Source of the DNA: an uncultured Bacillota bacterium
GTDB taxonomy: Bacteria; Bacillota; Clostridia; Christensenellales; UBA1242
Length of the DNA: 64,000 bases
Reading direction: 5' to 3'
Assembly (NCBI GenBank): GCA_949296805.1
Contig: CASFPO010000007.1
Coordinates: 17,291 to 81,290, forward strand
Shown here piece by piece: positions 16,856-25,257 of the stretch (the first letter of the stretch is position 1; each line of letters begins with the position of its first letter). A model generated the notes under the pieces. The model searched no databases, was not told the origin of the DNA, and saw only the letters and a list, made by a program, of their open reading frames with translations. The translations under genes and the position numbers were made by a program.

Positions 16856-17304
16856 TAGAAGATAAACCCAAACTCCTAAGTTTACTATGCTACCTACAAA
16901 AAGTGGATAATCCACCCAGGTCAGTCATCCTTTAACACATTCTTTTAATAGAAGATAAATTTAACCCCAAAATCCACTCCGATACCTACAAAAAGCGAAT
17001 AATTCGCCCAGGTCAGTCATCCTTTAACACATTCTTTTAATAGAAGATAAACCCTAGCCCCAAAGTTTACTATGCTACCTACAAAAAGTGGATAATCCAC
17101 CCGGGTCAATCATCTTTTAACACATTCTTTTAATAGAAGATAAACCCAAACTCCTAAGTTTACTATGCTACCTACAAAAAGTGGATAATCCACAAAAAGC
17201 GAATAATTCGCAAAAGAGGTTTGACATTTAGTAAAAATTTTTTAAAAAAGATAAAATTTAACCCCTAAGTTTACTCAGAAACCTATAAAAAGCAGATAAT
17301 CTGC
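16835..17304 (+). repeat. About 93-bp tandem units that reiterate the 3' end of the small ORF; each carries a covarying short palindrome
   Basis: CCAGGTCAGTCATCCTTTAACACATTCTTTTAATAGAAGATAAA repeated 4 times. Palindromes GTGGATAATCCAC (16903, 17088, 17181), GCGAATAATTCGC (16995, 17199) and GCAGATAATCTGC (17292). Confidence 0.85.
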
Positions 17305-17404
17305 ATTTTTTTGAAAAATTTATGAAAATTATTTTGACTTATTCACTTTTTATGCTATCATTGTCTTGTAAATTAATAAAAAGTAAACAAAAGGAGGGGA
17401 AAAA

Positions 17405-17836
17405 ATGTATTCATTACTAAATCTTGTATCTGATTGGGGTGGATTTATTAATAATATGGATGGTCTTACTAGTGCTCAAATAGACCTTTTGAACAGCGTA
17501 TTTAGTATTATCTCTACTGTATTATGGGTAGTACTTGCTATTGTTGGTGCAATTGGTGCAATCTATGCTATCTATCTTGGCGTTCAACTTGCAAAAGCTG
17601 ATGAACAAGGCAAGCGTGATGACGCTAAAAAACACCTTATCACAACAGTTATTGCCGTTGGTGTTACAGTGGCTTTAATCTTGGTATTTAATATCTTCTT
17701 ACCAATGATTTTGGATGCTTTCCAAGTAGGTCAATCTGGAGGAAGTGGTAACACAGACATAGGAAATGATGATGAAGGTGGTGGTATGATTACACTATTT
17801 TCAAACTTTGCTAATATGATAAAATGCAGTTTATAA
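17405..17836 (+). CDS. Small two-TM membrane protein, possible TrbC/VirB2-like (T4SS-pilin-like) fold
   Basis: AGGAGGGG RBS. TM1 (VLWVVLAIVGAIGAIYAIYLGV), charged loop QLAKADEQGKRDDAKKH, then TM2. The family assignment is from memory of the pilin pattern and was not searched. Confidence 0.6.
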   Translation: MYSLLNLVSDWGGFINNMDGLTSAQIDLLNSVFSIISTVLWVVLAIVGAIGAIYAIYLGVQLAKADEQGKRDDAKKHLITTVIAVGVTVALILVFNIFLPMILDAFQVGQSGGSGNTDIGNDDEGGGMITLFSNFANMIKCSL

Positions 17837-17860
17837 CCCCTGCTATTTGATAAAATATAA

Positions 17861-17886
17861 AAGCGGTAGAAATATCGCTTTTTTTA
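17861..17886 (+). terminator. Intrinsic terminator
   Basis: AAGCG (17861-17865)...CGCTT (17876-17880), then T7. Confidence 0.55.
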
Positions 17887-17967
17887 TTTGACAATAGGGC
17901 AAAATTCTTGCAAAAAAGTTTAAAATATGCTATTATGTTTTTAAGTTAATTGCTATAGGAGATAAAA

Positions 17968-18303
17968 ATGCAATCTTTATTGTTGATAGGAAATTATGTT
18001 TACACTGGCGGTCTTGCGTGGCTGAATAATGTCTATGAGGTTTTGCCACCGATTTTGTATACCATCCTTGCCCTGATTGGCGGGGCTGGAAGTATTTATG
18101 CCATCGTGCTTGGCGTCAACCTCGCCAGAAGTGACAGTGAAGATAAGCGAAAGACAGCCTCAAACAGAATGAAAAACACAATAGTTGGCGTAGTTTTGCT
18201 GTTAGTTTTGGTGCTATTTATTACCCTTGCCATCCCTGAAATTCTGCACGCTGTATATCCTGAGTATGTTATATCGCCCGAGCAGGCTAGTGAGTTAATG
18301 TAG
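17968..18303 (+). CDS. Paralog of 17405-17836 (two-TM, pilin-like)
   Basis: LIGGAGSIYAIVLGVNLARSDSEDKRKTASNRMKNTIVGVVLLLVLVLF aligns with the upstream protein's TM-loop-TM core. Confidence 0.6.
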   Translation: MQSLLLIGNYVYTGGLAWLNNVYEVLPPILYTILALIGGAGSIYAIVLGVNLARSDSEDKRKTASNRMKNTIVGVVLLLVLVLFITLAIPEILHAVYPEYVISPEQASELM

Positions 18304-18452
18304 GCAAAAGCTATAATTTAAAGCAACTTAGCAAGCAAAAAAATAGATACAAAAGGATGTATCGCAAAATACTGCTAAAAAAATACTTTTGCCAAAAAAA
18401 TTATCAACATTTTATAGACTTAATCATAAAAATTTGTGTAAGGAGAAAAGCT

Positions 18453-18923
18453 ATGCACAAATTTTTTTGTAATTACAACAGCTTGACCGAAAGGTATGAG
18501 CTAGCACTAAACCGCAACAATCCTTTTAAGAGTAATGTAAATATCCAAGCACAAAACACCTTACTCCCACAACTGCGTGAGCTTTTGCAAGTCGTCTATG
18601 ACAATCTGCAAATTTTAAAAGAAATACCCGCCCTTGAAGAAAATTTACAAAAACTTTCTGAAAGTGAGTTACTTCTGTCAAACCTTTACTACTCCCTCTT
18701 TGCAAGTCCGCTAGAGCTAAATGACAAACAAACTACTCTCTCCCCTGCCGAGCTTTTGACTGAAACACTAGAAAAACTAACCCAGCTTGAGCAGAAAATC
18801 AATATCCCAGAGTACAACCGCCTTGCCAGGATGATTAAAGACACTTTGCAAGACATCCTAAACGCCCTTATCTCAACCCCAAACGCACCCTCGCCAACCT
18901 CAACCGCTCCCACTAGCAAGTAA
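18453..18923 (+). CDS. Hypothetical helical protein ending in a Pro/Thr/Ser-rich tail
   Basis: Start moved to MHKFF (ATG 18453), which has a AAGGAG RBS. The C-terminus is ...ISTPNAPSPTSTAPTSK. Confidence 0.55.
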   Translation: MHKFFCNYNSLTERYELALNRNNPFKSNVNIQAQNTLLPQLRELLQVVYDNLQILKEIPALEENLQKLSESELLLSNLYYSLFASPLELNDKQTTLSPAELLTETLEKLTQLEQKINIPEYNRLARMIKDTLQDILNALISTPNAPSPTSTAPTSK

Positions 18924-18929
18924 ACACAC

Positions 18930-20040
18930 AAATCGTACCCCACCACTGCTAGCTGAAACACTGTACAAAAAACATAAGCTCTACAACTTCCACCACTGCT
19001 AGCGGAAATACTTTAAATCACACCGCCGACACGCTAATCTTATTAAAACTATCCCATCCCCCCACCTACTCCCAGCTACAGAAAAATGTACTCTCGACCG
19101 CCAAATCTATTCAAAACTACTCCAAGTTACCTCAAAATCTACTCCCACCTACTCCAAATCCACTGCTACCTACTCCAAGTTACCTCAAAACTGCACCACC
19201 GACAAGCCTATTCAATCAAAGCTACTCCAAATCTACTCCCACTACTCCAAATCCACTCCCATCTACTCCCACCTACTCCAAAATGTACTCTCAACCGCCA
19301 AATCTGCTCTAAAATTGCTCCGAGTTACCTCAAAACTGCACCACCGACAAGCCCATTCAATCAAAAAACTATCTCATCCACTCCAAATCCACCTCAACCT
19401 ACTCCAAGTTACCTCAAAACTGTACCACCGACAAGTCCATTCAATCAAAAACTATCTCGTCTACTCCAAATCCACCTCAACCTACTCCAAGTTACCTCAA
19501 AACCGTAACGCCGACAAGTCCATTCAATCAAAAAACTATCTCATCTACTCCAAATCCACCTCAACCTACTCCAAGTTACCTCAAAACTGTACCACCGACA
19601 AGTCCATTCAATCAAAAACTATCTCATCTACTCCAAATCCCCCTCAACCTACTCCAAGTTACCTCAAAACTGCACCACCGACCAGCTAACCTACTCTAAA
19701 ACTGCTCCAACCTACAGCAAAATGTACTCTCGCACGCTAAATCTACCCTAAAACTACTCCAAGTTACCTCAAAATCACACCACCGACAAGCCCATTCAAT
19801 CAAAAACTATCTCGTCTACTCCTAGCTAATCCAAATCTACTCCTACCTACTCCAAAATGTACTCTCAACCGCCAAAGTCCACCCCCAAAACCGCCACCAA
19901 GACCACTTAAACTACTCCAAATGTACCCCACCTACTCCTACCTACTCCAAATTGTACTCTCACACGTCAAATCTGCTCTAAAACTGCTCCCACCTATTCC
20001 AACCTACTACAAACTACTGTAAAAATGACCGCTCGCTACT
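18930..20040 (+). repeat. G-depleted (plus strand) repeat region with a core 83-84 bp tandem array
   Basis: AAGTTACCTCAAAA anchors at 19124, 19177, 19322, 19406, 19489, 19573, 19656 and 19761. About 4 G per 60 nt in sampled lines. Confidence 0.85.
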
Positions 20041-20099
20041 TTTTATCTCACAAATGACAGCTTTTTTTAATAACCCACTAGCCAAACTTTTTGTAAACC

Positions 20100-20300
20100 T
20101 TTTGAAAAAAGTTTAGAAATATAAACTTAAGTTTAGAAATATAAACTTAAATTTAGAGGTTAGTTTAGAAGTGCGAGATTAGGTTAGAGGTGCGGGGTTT
20201 AGGTTAGAGGTGCGAGTTTAGGTTAGAGGTGCAGGCTTAAGATTAAAAGTATGGGCTTAAGTTTAGAGGTGCAAGTTTAATTTAGAGGTGCGAGTTTAGT
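20100..20300 (+). repeat. C-depleted tandem array of ~19-20 bp units (GTTTAGGTTAGAGGTGCGA-like), about 10 copies
   Basis: gtttagaaatataaacttaa x2, then (a/g)tttag(a/g)ggt(g/t)... units. About 3 C per 60 nt. Confidence 0.85.
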
Positions 20301-20317
20301 TTTCTTTAGAAAAGTAA

Positions 20318-20346
20318 AATTCCCGAGAAAGCCCGGGAATTTTTTT
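20318..20346. terminator. Bidirectional intrinsic terminator after the collagen-like gene
   Basis: AATTCCCG (20318-20325)/CGGGAATT (20334-20341), flanked by an A-run and T6. Confidence 0.75.
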
Positions 20347-20399
20347 AAGCTTGTGTAAATTTAAAATTACAATAAAAAGCTTTAAGGTGTTAACTTGAT

Positions 20400-21572
<1,173 letters not shown>

Positions 21573-21633
21573 TTAAACCTCTCTTAGAGCAATCGCTCCA
21601 ATTCACTATATGTGAAAAAAACAAAATTTGCTA

Positions 21634-21662
21634 TTGATTTTTACCTGAAAAGTTGTTATAAT
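21634..21662 (+). promoter_or_regulatory. sigma-A-type promoter
   Basis: TTGATT (21634-21639), 17 nt, TATAAT (21657-21662). Confidence 0.6.
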
Positions 21663-21722
21663 ATATAAAAATAAAGTTTGAAAAATAAGAATAAGCTTAA
21701 AATAATTACAAAAGGAGGCTAT

Positions 21723-22271
21723 ATGGAACAAAAAGAAATTGATGAAATGGGCGAATTTTTAAGCAATAAAATTAGTAGAGAACTTAAAACTCTATCTCGT
21801 TGCAAAAAAGCGTTAAAGTTGTATACTGCTTATCACGTTGTAAGATATAACAGAAAACCTGACCCAAATCCAAAGATTGAAATTGATAAAGAAAATTACA
21901 ATATACGAATGTCTGTATTTAAAGAAGACCAACTTAGCAAACTGGAACTTATGAGAAAAATTGATAAGGTCAGCCTTGACGAGCTAAATGATAGCCTTAA
22001 AAAACTTCAAGCACGAGAACCTGCAGACAATACAATCTTTATAGACGACTTACTGTCTGTGCTAAAAACCTATCCAAGTCTCCATTCAGAAGAACGCATT
22101 ATCGCCGGCATAGCTTTAGAAACCTTTTACCGCTTTGTACTAGACCAAAGATTTATTTCTCGTTTTAACTATGCCTTTTATGCCTCAGTTAAAGACACTT
22201 ATTTAACACTTCTTGCCGAAAAAGAAAAACCTAAACAGCAAGAAGATGACCTAGAACAAGAAGAAGATTAA
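21723..22271 (+). CDS. Hypothetical protein with acidic C-terminus
   Basis: Start moved to MEQKEIDEM (ATG 21723), which has an AAGGAGG RBS. No recognisable motif. Confidence 0.55.
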   Translation: MEQKEIDEMGEFLSNKISRELKTLSRCKKALKLYTAYHVVRYNRKPDPNPKIEIDKENYNIRMSVFKEDQLSKLELMRKIDKVSLDELNDSLKKLQAREPADNTIFIDDLLSVLKTYPSLHSEERIIAGIALETFYRFVLDQRFISRFNYAFYASVKDTYLTLLAEKEKPKQQEDDLEQEED

Positions 22272-22280
22272 TATCAAAAA

Positions 22281-22500
22281 TTGTTGAATTTTGTTGAAAA
22301 ATATGAATTTTTGTTGAATTGTCTGAATTATTGTAGAATAGTGTTGGATTGTGTTGAAATATTTGTATTTTTGTTGAATTGTCTGAATTATTGTAGAATA
22401 GTGTTGGATTGTGTTGAATAGTTTGAATTTTTGTTGAACTATTTGAATTTTTGTTGGAAATTGTTGGAAAATGTTGAATATGTAAAATTTTGTTAGAAAA
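22281..22500 (+). repeat. 22 units of an exactly 10-bp-phased repeat, consensus (T/G)TGTTGAAT(T/A)
   Basis: The units stay in register with the 10-nt print blocks for 220 bp. TGTTGAA x8, TGTTGGA x4, TGTAGAA x2. A 60-bp higher-order repeat links 22311-22370 and 22371-22430. Confidence 0.9.
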
Positions 22501-22743
22501 AACATAAAAATTGACAAAGTTTTTATGTTTTTTTATTGCTTTATATATTTTTATTCAAATGCAACCTTTTTTATTAATATTTGCATTTACAACTATTTTT
22601 TTAAGAGTTTAATCTTTATCTTTTTAACCTTTTCTGTAAAAGTGATAGGTTAGGCAAAATTCTTCGGCTTTAAAAACTTAAGGTACAAAAAATGCTAGCA
22701 AGCTTACAATTTTTTGCATAAGTAATTTTGTAAAGGAGAAACT

Positions 22744-23775
22744 ATGGCTAACGAAGATTTTTATATCGGTGCAAATGATGAGCATGGGGTAAATCCACCT
22801 ACTCCTGGCAAACGCACCCCATTTATTACCGAGCTTGGCAGACAAATTTATGAAAATGAGTTCAATCGCTCTGCCAAAAACAAATTTATTGAGGCTTGTA
22901 TGCGACAGGATTTTTCGGTATTTGATGTGAAGAGTGAGCTTCAAGACATTTCTATTTCTGAGCGAGTGAGGAGGATAAACTCGCAAAATTTGACCTTGCT
23001 TGTAACCTTTGCCTACAATGCCTTTGGCGAGGAATTTAATTCGGCTTCGGGGCTAGAGGTGTATTACTCTCTACTCAATCCTCAAGTGAACGCAAGCAAA
23101 ACGCTCTCAGAAGATGTTTACAACCGTTTAATTCAAGGTACATATCAAGTGGGAAGAGGGGTAAAAACGATAGATGTTGGAGTGCTTTCAAGTGTAAACT
23201 GCCCGTCAACGCTGATCGAGGCTGGCTTTATGACCAATTTAAGAGAGGCGGGACTTATGCTCAATCCTCTTTTTGTGACCGAGGTTGGCGAAGAGGCGTG
23301 CCAAGGCGTTTGTGACTTTTTGGGGGTAAGTTATCTGCCCCGAGACAACTTGTCGCTCTACCCTCTACTCAGAACGGGAAGCTCAAATAATTTTGTCTAT
23401 CTTCTGCAATTTATTTTAGCAAATCAGTATGGCTATTCCCTTGCAGTTGACGGAATTTTTGGCAGTCGAACTGCAAGTGCTGTGAGGGATTTTCAAGCAA
23501 ACAACTCTCTTTCTGTTGACGGGCTTGTGGGCAACAACACCTGGAAAACGCTGTTAACTCTGCCTCAATATCCACTGCTTAGAGAGGGCAACCGAGGAGC
23601 TTATGTAAGGTTTTTGCAACAACTGCTAGAGAGCAAACTCTATCCACTCGGCAACATTGACGGAATTTTTGGCAGTCAAACCTTGAATGCTGTATGCTCT
23701 TTTCAATCGGCAAACAATCTGGCAGTTGACGGAATTGTTGGACCAAATACTTGGGGCGTGCTTGCAACAACTTAA
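22744..23775 (+). CDS. N-acetylmuramoyl-L-alanine amidase (Amidase_3-like) with two C-terminal PG_binding_1 repeats
   Basis: EHGVNPPTPGKRTP...ENEFN...TFAYNAF...GLEVYYS. Two repeats of GIFGSxTxxAVxxFQxxNxLxVDGxVGxNTW. AAGGAG RBS. Confidence 0.8.
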   Translation: MANEDFYIGANDEHGVNPPTPGKRTPFITELGRQIYENEFNRSAKNKFIEACMRQDFSVFDVKSELQDISISERVRRINSQNLTLLVTFAYNAFGEEFNSASGLEVYYSLLNPQVNASKTLSEDVYNRLIQGTYQVGRGVKTIDVGVLSSVNCPSTLIEAGFMTNLREAGLMLNPLFVTEVGEEACQGVCDFLGVSYLPRDNLSLYPLLRTGSSNNFVYLLQFILANQYGYSLAVDGIFGSRTASAVRDFQANNSLSVDGLVGNNTWKTLLTLPQYPLLREGNRGAYVRFLQQLLESKLYPLGNIDGIFGSQTLNAVCSFQSANNLAVDGIVGPNTWGVLATT

Positions 23776-23850
23776 AGTTTTTGCAAAATTGTATTCGCCC
23801 TTTTGGTTTTATCCCTTACGCTGATACTGACAAGTAAAGCCTAATTAATC

Positions 23851-23882
23851 GCTCTATTTTTAGCAAAAGTAGAGCTTTTTTA
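23851..23882 (+). terminator. Intrinsic terminator of the amidase gene
   Basis: GCTCTA (23851-23856)...TAGAGC (23870-23875), then T6. Confidence 0.7.
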
Positions 23883-23957
23883 ATAGAGCTAGGTTCTGTT
23901 TTAAGACTAAGCTTTTGGAAAATACCCTCTTATTGCAAGCGAAGTTTACAAAACTCG

Positions 23958-25001
23958 TTAAAGGTCAAATTTTTTATTGCTAAAAACCCGTTTTTGATTT
24001 GCCCGACTTAAGCACGCTCCCAAGATATAGGAATTTCTGTCGTTGATGGTGTCGTTATTTGTCAATTGCCAAACGATTTTATGCACATCCTCTTCGTCAA
24101 GCAAAGAGATATGATATAGCAGTTTGTCTTGGCTAAAGTCTGTCTGATAAAACCGCAGTTTGCCCTCTTTGGTTTTTTTGATAGCTTGAGAAAGCACACT
24201 CATTATCTCGCTAAAGCAAGCCTTTTCTTCACTGCTATACCCCCAATAGTTAAAAAACACCTTAAAATTTTCACTTAACAGAGTTTTTATCTCCGCCTCC
24301 TCCCCGCACGCACGCACTTTTGAAAGAATTTTATTTTCATTGATGGACTGACTAAAAGTTAGTTCATCAGTATCAGTATCAGTAACAGTATCAGTTACAG
24401 TATCAGTAACAGTATCAGTATCAGTATCAGTTACAGTATCAGTTAGGTTATGGTTAGGTTTTTCTAGGTTATGGTTAGGTTTCGTTAGGTTTTGGTTAGG
24501 TTTTTCTAGGTTATGGTTAGGTTTCGTTAGGTTTTGGTTAGGTTTCGTTAGGTTAGGCTCCGGTTTTTCTAGGTTATTGTTAGGTTTTGTTAGGTTTTGG
24601 TTAGGTTTTTTTAGGTTTTGGTTAGGTTTTTTTAGGTTAGGCTCCGGTTTTTCTAGGTTTTGGGTATTTTCATCGTTTAACAAGTCTTTTTCGTCAAAAT
24701 TTTCCTCTGTTTCTAATTCATTTTCATTTGTTGGAGGCGTGTTTTCTTGATATTCTTGCTTTTTTGGTCTTCCACCCTTCTTCCCGTTTTCTATGCGTGC
24801 GTCATATCTCATATTATTTAATTCCAACCCAGTAGAAAAACACAACAGCATTGCGTTGACGACTGGCGAGAGGTTCTCGGGCATCTGTCCGCTAAAGCCA
24901 TATTCTACTAGTGCTTTGTAGGTCTCAAGCTGATTTTCCTCTGGAAGTGCATTGATGGCGTTTGTCCAATTTTTAAAGATTATAAAACTTTCTCTTGACA
25001 T
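23958..25001 (-). CDS. Repeat-containing protein with a small phage/plasmid-type N-terminal helical domain
   Basis: Start at MSRESF (ATG 25001), AAGGAGAA RBS. The N-terminal ~85 aa end in NGKKGGRPKK (recalls DUF6291-type proteins; unverified). Then KPNxNL(T/E/K) octapeptide x ~11 and (D/V)T repeats. Confidence 0.6.
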   Translation of the reverse strand: MSRESFIIFKNWTNAINALPEENQLETYKALVEYGFSGQMPENLSPVVNAMLLCFSTGLELNNMRYDARIENGKKGGRPKKQEYQENTPPTNENELETEENFDEKDLLNDENTQNLEKPEPNLKKPNQNLKKPNQNLTKPNNNLEKPEPNLTKPNQNLTKPNHNLEKPNQNLTKPNHNLEKPNHNLTDTVTDTDTDTVTDTVTDTVTDTDTDELTFSQSINENKILSKVRACGEEAEIKTLLSENFKVFFNYWGYSSEEKACFSEIMSVLSQAIKKTKEGKLRFYQTDFSQDKLLYHISLLDEEDVHKIVWQLTNNDTINDRNSYILGACLSRANQKRVFSNKKFDL

Positions 25002-25126
25002 AATTTTCTCCTTTTGCAACATTATTTTATCATTACAAAAAAAGCTTTTTCAATGTTTACTGCCACTTTTTTTTGAAATTAAGCCCTCAAAAAAGAAATA
25101 TTTTTTATTTTAGTTGATAAAAAAAA

Positions 25127-25155
25127 TTGATTGTGATAAACTTTAATGGTAAACT
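25127..25155 (+). promoter_or_regulatory. Candidate promoter for tRNA-Ser
   Basis: TTGATT (25127-25132), 17 nt, TAAACT (25150-25155). Confidence 0.45.
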
Positions 25156-25166
25156 ACTTCTCTCGT

Positions 25167-25257
25167 GGAGACGTACCGAAGAGGTCGCAACGGGACGCAC
25201 TCGAAATGCGTTTGTCGAGTAATCGGCACGTGGGTTCGAATCCCACCGTCTCCGCCA
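25167..25257 (+). tRNA. tRNA-Ser (anticodon CGA), long variable arm, CCA encoded
   Basis: Acceptor GGAGACG/CGTCTCC, anticodon stem ACGCA/TGCGT with loop CTCGAAA, variable arm TTGTCGAGTAATCGGCAC, T-arm GTGGGTTCGAATCCCAC. Confidence 0.9.

Noticed and set aside
16902-17193. DnaA boxes or oriC: GTGGATAA (complement TTATCCAC) occurs three times, and gyrB/gyrA are in the window
   Set aside because: The motif is one arm of a palindrome whose arms change to GCGAAT/ATTCGC and GCAGAT/ATCTGC in sister units, so the TTATCCAC match looks incidental. There is no dnaA, dnaN or recF nearby, and the sites are 42 kb from gyrB.
19086-19689. Track ORFs 19086-19508 and 19315-19689 as genuine proline-rich protein genes
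   Set aside because: They are overlapping frames of the same 83/84-bp repeat. They lack RBSs and exist mainly because the strand is G-poor, so TAG and TGA stops are few. They are kept only as a possible decayed repeat domain (see the finding at 18880-20040).
22251-22517. Track ORFs 22251-22517 (-) and 26613-26819 (-) encoding IQQKF/STKIQK repeats
   Set aside because: They are translations of the 10-bp-phased non-coding arrays. There is no RBS, the composition is low-complexity, and the 10-bp unit is not a multiple of 3.
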